NCBI GenBank assembly: GCA_037447435.1
Contig: JBBIGR010000006.1
Coordinates: 64,001 to 128,000, forward strand
Source of the DNA: Fibrobacteria bacterium
GTDB taxonomy: Bacteria; Fibrobacterota; Chitinivibrionia; Chitinivibrionales; FEN-1185
DNA: 64,000 bases
Direction of reading: 5' to 3'
The stretch's first letter is position 1; each line of letters starts with the position of its first letter. The translations under genes were made by a program, and so were the position numbers. Shown one piece after another: positions 20,875 to 30,713 of the stretch. The notes below the pieces were generated by a model that saw only the letters and a list, made by a program, of their open reading frames with translations, did no database searches and was not told where the DNA came from.

Positions 20875-21996
20875 TTATTTGGAATGAAGGACGTAGCTTG
20901 TAATCCGTTTCTGACCGGTTTTATCCAGGTATTCGAAAATGTATACGCCGTTGCGCATAATTGCGTTGCGCGAAAGAGGTTGCAGGGATACGCACTTGCC
21001 GTTCAGATCGAATGCCTTTTCCACCCGAAATTCCGACAGGTTTTTATCACCGGAAATTTTCGTTTTCATCGCAGGGACCGCTATGGCAGTCGGTGTCGTA
21101 AAAAGGGTGTCCTGCCACTTGGTGCCGTTATAAATTTGCAGCGGCTCTTTTGCCCAATTATATGCCATGGCCCATTGAACTTTTTTATTTGCATCGGGAG
21201 TAAGCACCATGCCGTAATTTATGGAATCGTCGGAAAAGCTGCTGAAATATTTCTTATCGGCATAGACGGCGAGCAAACACGAATCCGTATAGGTTTCAAC
21301 GATACCCGCCTGCTTTCCGAGCGTTGCCAACAATGCTTTATTGGGATCCTTGACGAGTGTCACGCCGGCATTGACATATTTACGAAGGCATACCACCACT
21401 TTTCCGGAGTAATTCCCGGTTATGGTCAAATCGCAGTATGTCGGCCTGATATCTTGCTTCGTGGCGATTGTCCATTCGAGGTTGTTTTTGGAACCGTTTA
21501 CCGAAAGCCCCCAGTATTTGACGATAATGGAGGGAGTTTGAACGCTTGAATCCTTGACCGTTATGGTCATGCTGTCGAGGTTCTCCCCGAGCGCCGGGTT
21601 TATCCACGTACCGTTATCGAAAAGGTTGAAGCCCCCAAGGCCTCGACAATTTCCCGCTTTGAAAATATCGCCACCCCATGTATGGTCGGCATGGAGTTCG
21701 AAATTTGCCGAATCTGCATAGTGCAGTATGGGATCGTATTTGTATTTTCCAACAATGTCAACTGAGTTGCGGTTACCGTTGTCGGCATAATAGCGCATCG
21801 CATTGTATTTATTTTCCCATGCAGGCCCTTCGAGTTCGCCGAAATATTTATGGCCTGCGGTCGCGGTTATTGTCGTTGATTTGAGATGCTTTCCGTTCAA
21901 AATGAGTACCGCGCCGTTGGGCGCTGCAAAGCCCGAATAAGAAATGAAGCTCAAACCGGCAGCCATAGCCATACACAATTTACCAATACTATTCAT
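20875..21996 (-). CDS. Secreted DUF4861-like protein with T9SS-like tail
   Basis: Start MNSIGK (ATG at 21996); EGPAWEN..RYY..DIVGK..HADHTWGGDIFKAG..GLGG; tail FDLNGK..GVY. Confidence 0.65.
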   Translation of the reverse strand: MNSIGKLCMAMAAGLSFISYSGFAAPNGAVLILNGKHLKSTTITATAGHKYFGELEGPAWENKYNAMRYYADNGNRNSVDIVGKYKYDPILHYADSANFELHADHTWGGDIFKAGNCRGLGGFNLFDNGTWINPALGENLDSMTITVKDSSVQTPSIIVKYWGLSVNGSKNNLEWTIATKQDIRPTYCDLTITGNYSGKVVVCLRKYVNAGVTLVKDPNKALLATLGKQAGIVETYTDSCLLAVYADKKYFSSFSDDSINYGMVLTPDANKKVQWAMAYNWAKEPLQIYNGTKWQDTLFTTPTAIAVPAMKTKISGDKNLSEFRVEKAFDLNGKCVSLQPLSRNAIMRNGVYIFEYLDKTGQKRITSYVLHSK

Positions 21997-22030
21997 ACGA
22001 CCTCGTTTGTTTAGTACGTAAGGCGACCTG

Positions 22031-23086
22031 TTACAAAACGACCACTCTCCGCGAATACACTTTATCGTTTTCATACAGTCTTGCGATATAGACGCCTTTA
22101 CGCATGTTTTTGATAAGCGAAAGCGCATCGACGGTGCCGTTGCTTTTTTGCAATTTTTCCGTAAAATCGGCGACGCATTGCCCGAGTACCGTATACACGA
22201 CCAACCGCGATTTCACGGGGTTTTTCGCATAAAGCGGTACGGCGTTATAGGGATTGGATGAATGAACGGAACTGAGGCCTTCCTGATACACGCGAATATA
22301 ATCGATATACATTTTCTGCGGGAAAATGGCCTGATCTATTTGCTGGCCCTGGAAATCCCCGCCGATTGCGATATTGGCCAAAAAGAAAAAATTCTGGTGA
22401 TGCGCAGGGATTTTCGACACATCGAATTCCCAGAATTTCACATCGTCGAAATAATATTCGTATTTCAGGGAAGTCCTTTTGACTGCATACAAGTGATAGT
22501 TTTGCGACAGGCTTTCCTTGTACTTTTGAATCGGCGAGGAATTGAAAACCGGGTTGCCGCTCGCATTTCCATAATGACAAGTGGTTATAAAATTGCTGTC
22601 GCCGAAACCGCCGTTATAGCCGTTGGGCCCGGTTTTGGTCTCGTACATTTCTATTTCACCGCAATTTGGCCACTTGACCGAATCGATATTCCTGCCCTCC
22701 AGCCAAAACGCCGGCCACAGCCCTTTCCCAAACGGGGTTTTAATCCTTGCTTCATAATACCCATAACCGAAATCCTTTTTATTCTTTGAGGTAATCCGGC
22801 ACGAGGTGTATTTGTATGCCGTACCCGAATACGTGACATTTTCCTTTTTTGCCCATAAAATCGCGGAGCCGTTTTCTATAGTCAAATTTGAACCCTTCGT
22901 GTAGAGCTCCTGTTCGGCATTGGAGCCTCCGCCGACCTGATACGACCAGGTTTTCAACGTGTCGAAATTCGGTTGATCAAATTCATCGGACCATAAAAGG
23001 CCGTACCCTGCCGGCGGTGTTGCGAATACGGAATTGAGGCAGATAAAAACAAGCCCGAGACCCAAGCCAGTGCAACGTTTCATCAT
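22031..23086 (-). CDS. Secreted GH16 (laminarinase-like) with T9SS-like tail
   Basis: LLWSDEFD, YTSCRI, YGYYEARIK, GLWPAFW, WPNCGEIEMYE, MYIDYIRVYQ. Confidence 0.88.
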   Translation of the reverse strand: MMKRCTGLGLGLVFICLNSVFATPPAGYGLLWSDEFDQPNFDTLKTWSYQVGGGSNAEQELYTKGSNLTIENGSAILWAKKENVTYSGTAYKYTSCRITSKNKKDFGYGYYEARIKTPFGKGLWPAFWLEGRNIDSVKWPNCGEIEMYETKTGPNGYNGGFGDSNFITTCHYGNASGNPVFNSSPIQKYKESLSQNYHLYAVKRTSLKYEYYFDDVKFWEFDVSKIPAHHQNFFFLANIAIGGDFQGQQIDQAIFPQKMYIDYIRVYQEGLSSVHSSNPYNAVPLYAKNPVKSRLVVYTVLGQCVADFTEKLQKSNGTVDALSLIKNMRKGVYIARLYENDKVYSRRVVVL

Positions 23087-23354
23087 TCATTTCCCCCTTT
23101 TGCCGCGAATATGATTTAATTACATATTTCATGCAGATACCCTACCGTCTGTTCCGTACAAAACGGTCTGAACCATAATATAAGAAATGTTTATTTAAGA
23201 ATGATTAAAATTACAGCGACTAGAGGCATGAATTGGCGCAAGATACCATGGAGCGGATATTACACTTATGTCTTTTATACATATTAAAAGTGGGAATATA
23301 AATAGGGGGGGTGAAACCGAAATTGAGGATTTCACCCATTACACTGTATTGCGG

Positions 23355-24827
23355 TTACTTCGAAATGGTCCTGAAAAATTTCATAAACAGCGTGCGCGTC
23401 GTATCCGTTGCATTACCCATATGATCGACCATATCCTGGTGGATATTGCCCGGAATATTGGTGTACTCGACTGCGGTGCTTCCGGCCTTGACCAATTCGC
23501 TATATAACAATTGGTTGTTGGCCGGGGTTCCGACTTCGGCGGATCCGGTAAAAATATGCAACGGCTTTTCGAATTTCCGAACATTGCCGAGCGGCGCCCA
23601 TTTCGTGATCGAACTTGACGAAATTCCAAGATCGGCGGCAACTTGCGTATGCGTGTAGGTTTGCGCGCTCAAAGGTAAAAAACCGCGCACCAGGCTCGGC
23701 GAAAAATTAATGTTTGTAAAATACGTTGTGTCAAGCGCAATCATCAATGTAAGGTAAGCGCCGGCCGAAAACCCGCTGACGAAAACATTGTCGGGGTCTC
23801 CGCCGTACGGTTCGATATTACGCTGCACCCAGGCAACCGCGGCAGCGGCATCGTTCATGTAATCCGGGCATTTTCCGCCCGCCCCGCCGCCGAGGCGATA
23901 ATTCGGCGATACCATAATTATACTGGAATCCAGAAATTTGTACCCGAAGCCGTTGCCGCCGCCGCTCCCGGTCGCCGTCCATCCTTCGGCCTTGCTTCCG
24001 GAATTGAGTCCGCCGCCGAACAAATGCACCAAAACCGGATACGGTTTGCCGGTCCATTTGGACGACTCCGGCACGTGCACGTCGAGTTTGCATTGCGTTT
24101 TTTCGTATGCTGTCAACGAACTGCCGGTTTTATACGGGATGTCCTGATAAAGCCCGTATTTGGCATTTTTAGGATCCGTCGCTTTATTGGTAAGCAATTG
24201 CATCGAAAAATCCTGCGTTCCCTCATACGATGCGATTTGCTTAACGGATTTCTGGAACCCTACCGCAACCACGGAAATCGAGTCGGTTATTGCGGCGGAT
24301 TTCGCCAGACCTCCGTTGGCCCCGGCAGGAATAGTCATCGCGGAGACGTTTGCGCCCGCGTTTTCATACGCACAGGTAAACGTGTTGTTTCCGATCGTCA
24401 CGGCGACCACATACGGTTGGCTTGGTCGGAGGCTTAAAGCGGGAGGTATCTGATAACGCCCCGATGCGAGCGTCGCGGTAAAAACATCGGCAATCAATTT
24501 CCCTGCAATCGTATACGTCCGGATTACTACGCGCTGCGGCACCGCCGAACGTATCGTAAAGCAAACTTTTCCGTTTTTTATGTCCGGTACGGAAGCATCG
24601 GCAATTTTCATCATGCGGTTTTGGACCGGCGTCAGGAGAATTTGGTATTTGCCGTTAGCGTCTGTCAAAGTGGTCCGGGCTTGCCCAAGCACCGTGACCT
24701 TAGCATTGGCAATACCTTTATTACCCGCATCGGTGACCGTACCGGTCAAATTGATTTGAGCGAAAGCTGAAAAACACTCGGCGCAAAGCGCCAAAACACA
24801 GAAACGTAAACCGTACGAAGCAAACAT
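23355..24827 (-). CDS. Secreted alpha/beta-hydrolase (BD-FAE-like esterase) with an N-terminal composite beta module
   Basis: CKLDVHVP, VHLFGGGL, SPNYRL, YGGDPDNVFVSGFSAGAYL; N-terminal module shared with the GH55 at 56669. Confidence 0.8.
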   Translation of the reverse strand: MFASYGLRFCVLALCAECFSAFAQINLTGTVTDAGNKGIANAKVTVLGQARTTLTDANGKYQILLTPVQNRMMKIADASVPDIKNGKVCFTIRSAVPQRVVIRTYTIAGKLIADVFTATLASGRYQIPPALSLRPSQPYVVAVTIGNNTFTCAYENAGANVSAMTIPAGANGGLAKSAAITDSISVVAVGFQKSVKQIASYEGTQDFSMQLLTNKATDPKNAKYGLYQDIPYKTGSSLTAYEKTQCKLDVHVPESSKWTGKPYPVLVHLFGGGLNSGSKAEGWTATGSGGGNGFGYKFLDSSIIMVSPNYRLGGGAGGKCPDYMNDAAAAVAWVQRNIEPYGGDPDNVFVSGFSAGAYLTLMIALDTTYFTNINFSPSLVRGFLPLSAQTYTHTQVAADLGISSSSITKWAPLGNVRKFEKPLHIFTGSAEVGTPANNQLLYSELVKAGSTAVEYTNIPGNIHQDMVDHMGNATDTTRTLFMKFFRTISK

Positions 24828-24983
24828 CGATCCCCCCTGAATGAATATTTTTATAATTTCATAATTTTAGTATTTTTTATAAAAACAAAATACAATCTAA
24901 TAATATACGATGTTTTGCAATAAATTTCTATTTTTTTTAAAACTTATGTCAATACTTAAGACGGTGGGCTTTTTTTAAGAAAG

Positions 24984-25016
24984 AAAAAGGGCCCCGGTTT
25001 TGTACCGCGGCCCTTT
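24984..25016 (-). terminator. Intrinsic terminator after the PfkB kinase
   Basis: AAAGGGCC..GGCCCTTT stem with a U-run on the minus strand. Confidence 0.6.
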
Positions 25017-25042
25017 GCATTGAAGATTTTTCGAAAAGCAAA

Positions 25043-26026
25043 TTACAAGAACTTCCGTATCCTTTCCCAACCGTTAGATGGAATTTGCGCGCCAACCACC
25101 TGGCATACTTCATACCCGCAAGCAGCTCCAATGAGCCCTGCTTTTTCAATTGAATATCCGTTAACCAACCCGTACAAAAACCCTGAAGCCCATAAGTCAC
25201 CTGCGCCGGTCGTATCGATTGCCGAGCCCGACCCGAGTATGCCGATTTTAGCCTTTTGTCCCTTGTGGGCAATAAGGCTTCCGCGCTTGCCGACTTTAAC
25301 CACTGCGGTGTCGGCTTTTTGCGACAATGCTTCCAAAGCTTTTTCCTCATCGCTAAATCCCGTAAATGCGCGCGCTTCATCTTCATTGGCAATGATAATG
25401 TCCACATAATCGCGAACGATTTCTTCTAAAATATTCTTTGACGCTTCGACAACCGTAAAGCTGGCCAAATCCAAGGAAACAAGGGCACCGCTTTCCTGAG
25501 CGGCTTTAAGCGCGGAAAAAATAAGCGTTTGATTAAAAAGCAAGTACCCTTCGATATGAACGAGAACCGCATCGGCAAAGTACTCTTTTCGCAATTCTTC
25601 GGGTTTTGTTTCGGACGATGCGCCGAGGAACGTTAACATGGAGCGCTGCGCATCGGGCGTAATGATGGACAATACGCGTCCGGTCGCTGTTTGCGAAAGA
25701 GAAAGTTTCGGTTGCACCTTATGTTTTTGCAACGCGTCTTCGAATAATTTCCCGAGCTCGTCGTTACCGCGTTTACCGATGAAACGTGCCGCCTGGCCCA
25801 AACTGCCGATTCCCAAAAGCGTATTGCATGCCGAACCGCCCGGGACTATTGACGCAGGTTTTGAAGCTTTTGCAACCAGCGCATCGATAATTCCCGACTC
25901 GGGCAAAAGAGTCATGCCGCCTTTTTGGGCCTTGGCAGAGGATATGAATTCATCGGATTCCTGAATAAGAATATCGACTAAAGCGCTGCCAATGCCGACG
26001 ATGACATTTTTTTTAGAATTGTTCAT
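25043..26026 (-). CDS. PfkB-family kinase (adenosine-kinase-like)
   Basis: GIGSALVDI, GGSACNT, ANEDEA, DTTGAGD. Confidence 0.9.
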   Translation of the reverse strand: MNNSKKNVIVGIGSALVDILIQESDEFISSAKAQKGGMTLLPESGIIDALVAKASKPASIVPGGSACNTLLGIGSLGQAARFIGKRGNDELGKLFEDALQKHKVQPKLSLSQTATGRVLSIITPDAQRSMLTFLGASSETKPEELRKEYFADAVLVHIEGYLLFNQTLIFSALKAAQESGALVSLDLASFTVVEASKNILEEIVRDYVDIIIANEDEARAFTGFSDEEKALEALSQKADTAVVKVGKRGSLIAHKGQKAKIGILGSGSAIDTTGAGDLWASGFLYGLVNGYSIEKAGLIGAACGYEVCQVVGAQIPSNGWERIRKFL

Positions 26027-26359
26027 AACGCCTTCGGTTCCTTACAAAAAAATGGTTTACTTATTGCCGCTCGCGCGACCGGAGCAAGGTTTTGGAGACC
26101 GCGATTGTGACCGGAGGTATCCGGTAAGCAGTCTGCAATACACTCGTTTTGTGCGTAATGATAAAATCCGAGTAGCGTTTATAAAATAATTCTTTTTTCA
26201 TTCAAAAATCCCTATGAGTTTTTTTATGCTCCGGTGTAATAAATTTTCATTTTTTCTTGACAACGTTTTTGTTCCATGGTAAACTTTTTTTAACAATTTT
26301 TCACAATAGCAATATTCGCCTTTTCTATTCATTTTTAATCACATTTTCAAAGGAGCGGT

Positions 26360-26836
26360 ATGAAGATTCTTGCAACACTTGCAGCCGGAGCGGTTTTGGC
26401 AATTTCCCTTATTGGATGCGGTGACAGCAGTTCACCGACGGCGCCAGCGACCACCTTGACAAATTCAGTTGCGGCAGAACTTGTTGGAACATGGGTACGG
26501 GTTGATTCTACGGGTGCAATTTTTCCAATGGAAAATGACACCATGTTTATCACGAGTACAAAATTTAGAATAATTAATAACCGTACAGTGTCGGGAAGTA
26601 TCGATTCTATCGTATACCCGGGAACACCATTGTCCGGTGGTACTCAATATATCAAGGCAGCGAGCGGAAAAATTAAAACCATTGAAGACACCCCTCCATT
26701 CGGACAAACGGAATGGGTACGATATGATTACAAAATCGTTGGAAACCTTGTTTTATTAAGCATGTTTGGAACATCGACATCCGATCCTAATGCAGTCACT
26801 TTCGCAACCGCTGATTATATTTACAAAAAATTATAA
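26360..26836 (+). CDS. Lipoprotein of unknown function (possible lipocalin-like fold)
   Basis: Lipobox LIGC, S/T/P linker, ELVGTW motif; AAGGAG RBS. Confidence 0.75.
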   Translation: MKILATLAAGAVLAISLIGCGDSSSPTAPATTLTNSVAAELVGTWVRVDSTGAIFPMENDTMFITSTKFRIINNRTVSGSIDSIVYPGTPLSGGTQYIKAASGKIKTIEDTPPFGQTEWVRYDYKIVGNLVLLSMFGTSTSDPNAVTFATADYIYKKL

Positions 26837-26859
26837 TAGCAGGTGTTCCGAATTGATAT

Positions 26860-26895
26860 AAAAGGGATATTGCAAAAATGCAATATCCCTTTTTT
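26860..26895 (+). terminator. Intrinsic terminator
   Basis: AAAAGGGATATTGCA..TGCAATATCCCTTTT stem followed by a T-run. Confidence 0.85.
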
Positions 26896-27182
26896 CATGA
26901 CTATTTCACCCAATATATTGAGAGCATTTCCGAGCGGCTTTGCTGAATTGAATTAATTTTTAGTTAAAATATCGGGAAATTTTATCGACATTTATGAATA
27001 TAGCAAAACAGTGACGAATGATAACATTGTGCGTTTTATACATAAATTAGGTGCAAATATAAATAGGTTTTGAAAAAAAATATATTCTATTGTATAATTA
27101 ACAGGTAAAAGTAATTATTTACCCGGGGCGAATGACTCTATAATTTAATCGGTTAACTAACATTCTTCGATCAGGACATGCC

Positions 27183-28193
27183 ATGAAAAACATACACCGA
27201 TGGATTTGGTCAATGTGTTTAATCGCAATAGGTTTCGGTTTACCCGCATTCGGTTTAGACCCGAAACTGCCTCCGGGAAAAAATTTCGATTGGTTGAGCG
27301 CATTCAAGCTTCAGACAATGACTGCAAGCCTTGCATTTGTCGAGGTCAAGGCCGAAACGCTGGTCAACGGATTTACCAGCAAATACTTTTATACCGACTC
27401 AACCGACGGTTCGATGGTGTTCTTCACCCCCAGCAACGGCGGAACCTCGGGCGGCTCACAGTACCCGCGCACCGAACTGAGACAAACCGGATTCGGGGCA
27501 AACTGGAAATTGACCGATACCACAACGTACGTAATGACCGCGTCATGTAAAGTAACTAAAGCACCGAGCGCGAACCCGACGGTGACCATAGGACAAGTTC
27601 ACGGATCGGCGGACAATTCGGAATTGGTCGAACTGGAATGGAACGGTAATTCTGCAGGAAATTGCAAAGTCTCCGCGATGTTCCAGACAAACAATTCTGC
27701 TGGAAGCAATTATTTTGTCCAGCTTGCCGGCGGCCTATCGCTCGGCAGCCTGGTCACCTATGAATTTCAGATGAAAAAAGGCGTTCTTACGGTTACGGTC
27801 AACGGGAAAAGCGGTACGCAAACCTATACGACTCAATACTACGGCACAACCGACGGGTATTATTTCAAGGCGGGAAATTATTTACAATACAGCAGTTCGA
27901 GCGCCTCGGCAGTAAGCGAAGTAAAGTTTTATTCTTTGGAATTATCAAGCACGGCTCCGAAGCCGCCGACATCGATTCAAACCAAAATACACACAAATCA
28001 ATTTGCTTCGAACGAAGCAGCTTCCTGCGTTTCAATTAATTCCGTACAAAATAATACCTTTGATTTGAACGCCACTGCAAAACTGTTTGACGTTTGCGGC
28101 AGGCACATTGCGTATATAAATCAAGGTTCATCTCGAAAGTTGCCGGCAGGGTTTTATTTTTCAAAAACAATGAACCCGTTGGAAAAAAAATAA
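27183..28193 (+). CDS. Secreted PL7 polysaccharide (alginate-type) lyase with short T9SS-like tail
   Basis: YPRTELRQ, IGQVHG and YFKAGNYLQ PL7 motifs; tail FDVCGR..LPAGFY. Confidence 0.9.
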   Translation: MKNIHRWIWSMCLIAIGFGLPAFGLDPKLPPGKNFDWLSAFKLQTMTASLAFVEVKAETLVNGFTSKYFYTDSTDGSMVFFTPSNGGTSGGSQYPRTELRQTGFGANWKLTDTTTYVMTASCKVTKAPSANPTVTIGQVHGSADNSELVELEWNGNSAGNCKVSAMFQTNNSAGSNYFVQLAGGLSLGSLVTYEFQMKKGVLTVTVNGKSGTQTYTTQYYGTTDGYYFKAGNYLQYSSSSASAVSEVKFYSLELSSTAPKPPTSIQTKIHTNQFASNEAASCVSINSVQNNTFDLNATAKLFDVCGRHIAYINQGSSRKLPAGFYFSKTMNPLEKK

Positions 28194-28654
28194 TGCATCG
28201 TGAATTGCTCTGACGAAGATCAATCTGCATAGGTTTTCATCCTGACGTGAAATTGGCCATACGCTTTTACGAACCAGGAAAATACAAATGCCAGCCCCCT
28301 CCTAAAAGAAATCCTCCTTTCTTAGAAAAGCATTTTTTACCCCGTCATATTTATCTTTTTTGTTATCAAGCATACCTTCGCATTGCGGCATATAATTGAA
28401 GGGTCTTTTTGTTATATTTTATTATTTTTTTTAAAACTTATTTAATATTTATTACTTTTAATTTCAATGAGTTACAACTTAATTACTTTTTTTAAAATTA
28501 TTTATTTTACATTTTTTTTAAAATTTTCCTGATTTTTTAATAATTCGGCTTTATATTTAAAAAACAGGTCATATAATGACCTTGCAATTGAATAAAATTG
28601 ATACCAAATTTATTGAAACCAATTTAAACGCTTTAACAATTTAAAGGAGGATAT

Positions 28655-30631
28655 ATGAAAAAGATCACAACTCTTTTCATACATTCTTTATTGGCAACAC
28701 TCATCCTTGGATTCGGAATATCCTTTGGCGCAGACAATATCGTTACAGTGACGCCCGACAAGGATTCTGTGGATTGCTACAAACCGGTATTCGTGACTAT
28801 TTTAACAACTAAGAATTTTTCTAACGGATTCAATCCGGATGAAATAAAACTGGATTGCGAAATAACCGGGCCCGCGCAAGAAGCGATATCGCTACCCTGT
28901 TTTTATAAGGCAACGGTAAACGGTCAAGCGCAATGGCAGGCTCGTTTTGCCCCGAGAAACACAGGAAGTTTCACCTATAAAATCGCCTTGACCCAAGGCA
29001 GCACAACAATCCGTTCGAATCAGTTCAATCTCTTTTCGCGCGCCGCAAAAACCAACGGCTACATCCATATCGACAGTACGACAAAATCCATGTACACGTT
29101 CCGTTTTGACAATGGAAAAGTTTGGCGGGGCATCGGCGAAAACATCGCATGGGAAGCAGGCGGAAGTTACTCGACGCAATTTCCTCGTCTTGCCGCGACC
29201 GGATGCAACATGGTGAGAATGTGGCATTGCAATTGGCATATGCCCTTCGAATGGAACAGCGCCCCGAATATCTATAACACGGGTACTGCAGATTATATGG
29301 ACCAGGTCGTTTCGCTTGCGGAAAACAACGGCATATACCTGATGGTAATGATGAACGATTACCGTGATTTTTCCGAGCAATGGGGCAGCAATCCGTACAA
29401 TACTTCCAAAGGCGGTTGGTGCAACTCCGACGCGGAATTCTTTTCAAATGCAAATGCAATAGCCTGTTATAAAAAACGAATCCGCTATTATGTCGCACGC
29501 TGGGGATACAGCCAGGCCATTCAATCTTGGGAATTTTTCAATGAAATCGACAACGCATTCGGAACCAGCGTCAATGCGGCACTGGGAAGCTGGTGCGACA
29601 CGATGTCTCGATGCTTCCATACGCTCGACATTTACAATCACCTGGTAACAGCCAGCGTATCCTGGCAATCTACCCCGCAGATGTGGAACGCCCCGAACAT
29701 GGATTTTACCCAGGCGCATCTTTACGGACCAGAAACAAGCAATCCGGTCTGGCATTTGCCGTCCCAGGCGCAGCAATATATAACTTCGTATAAAAAACCC
29801 TATGTGTGCGGAGAATTTTCCCGCAGGTGGGAATCGGCAAACAGCGAACCGTCGATCAATTACCGCAATGAATTGCACTATGGGATGTATCTTGGCATGG
29901 TAAATTCGACCCCGATCGCGCCGCTGACCTGGTGGTGGGATTCTCATTGGTCATGGGGCGATGATTTTGTTTTCAAAAGTGCCGCGGGCTACAGCAACGA
30001 TATCATCGCTAAAACGGCAACCACCACGATCGGCAAACTGGCCGTGACGTCCACGGGCAACACGGAATGCGGCGGCATACGAACGGGCAATTCAACCAAT
30101 TTTGCATATGTTTGGGTCTCCAATTATCGCGGGAGCGCCTCAGCAAGCAATGTGACGGCGACAATCACCGGACTGCCGACAAACGGGGATGGAAAGTTCA
30201 CGGTCGAATGGTATGACACCTGGAATGGCGGGTTTGGCGCTGCGACAACGGTAAATGCAGCAAACGGTACATTGACATTGAATATCGGCACTCTTGCAAA
30301 CGGAAACGGCACAAGTACCGACAAAGCATGCCGCATCACAAACCTGAATATTCCGGACAACGTTCTCGCGCATTCAGATAATATACTCGGAGAAAAACAA
30401 TTCGGGTTCCGCAAAACAGGAAACTTGTTGGCTATTTTTGGTAACTTTGCCCGTGCAAACCAAATTTCGGTGTCGTTATTCGATATGAAGGGCAGAGCAA
30501 TACTTGAAAAACATAGTATGAGTATTGTTAATAATTCCATGGAAATTAGTACCAAAACTTTGCCGTCGCAGTTTTACATCTTGAAGATCAAGGCTGATCT
30601 GAGAGTGGAATCGTTTAAAATAGCTTTATAA
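28655..30631 (+). CDS. Secreted DUF5060 plus GH5-like (clan A) glycoside hydrolase with T9SS-like tail
   Basis: NGFNPDEI..WQARFAP..G.FTY (DUF5060); RYYVARWGYS..WEFFNEID; KPYVCGEF. Confidence 0.75.
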   Translation: MKKITTLFIHSLLATLILGFGISFGADNIVTVTPDKDSVDCYKPVFVTILTTKNFSNGFNPDEIKLDCEITGPAQEAISLPCFYKATVNGQAQWQARFAPRNTGSFTYKIALTQGSTTIRSNQFNLFSRAAKTNGYIHIDSTTKSMYTFRFDNGKVWRGIGENIAWEAGGSYSTQFPRLAATGCNMVRMWHCNWHMPFEWNSAPNIYNTGTADYMDQVVSLAENNGIYLMVMMNDYRDFSEQWGSNPYNTSKGGWCNSDAEFFSNANAIACYKKRIRYYVARWGYSQAIQSWEFFNEIDNAFGTSVNAALGSWCDTMSRCFHTLDIYNHLVTASVSWQSTPQMWNAPNMDFTQAHLYGPETSNPVWHLPSQAQQYITSYKKPYVCGEFSRRWESANSEPSINYRNELHYGMYLGMVNSTPIAPLTWWWDSHWSWGDDFVFKSAAGYSNDIIAKTATTTIGKLAVTSTGNTECGGIRTGNSTNFAYVWVSNYRGSASASNVTATITGLPTNGDGKFTVEWYDTWNGGFGAATTVNAANGTLTLNIGTLANGNGTSTDKACRITNLNIPDNVLAHSDNILGEKQFGFRKTGNLLAIFGNFARANQISVSLFDMKGRAILEKHSMSIVNNSMEISTKTLPSQFYILKIKADLRVESFKIAL

Positions 30632-30664
30632 GTACCATAAAAAAAAGCCACGAAAACATGGCCG

Positions 30665-30707
30665 CCTCAACCCTATCCCCTTTCCGTAAACGGAGAGGGG
30701 AATGAGG
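30665..30707. repeat. REP-like palindrome, family copy 1
   Basis: CCTCA..TCCCCTTTCCGT-AA-ACGGAGAGGGGA..TGAGG between convergent genes. Confidence 0.6.
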
Positions 30708-30713
30708 ATCGCC

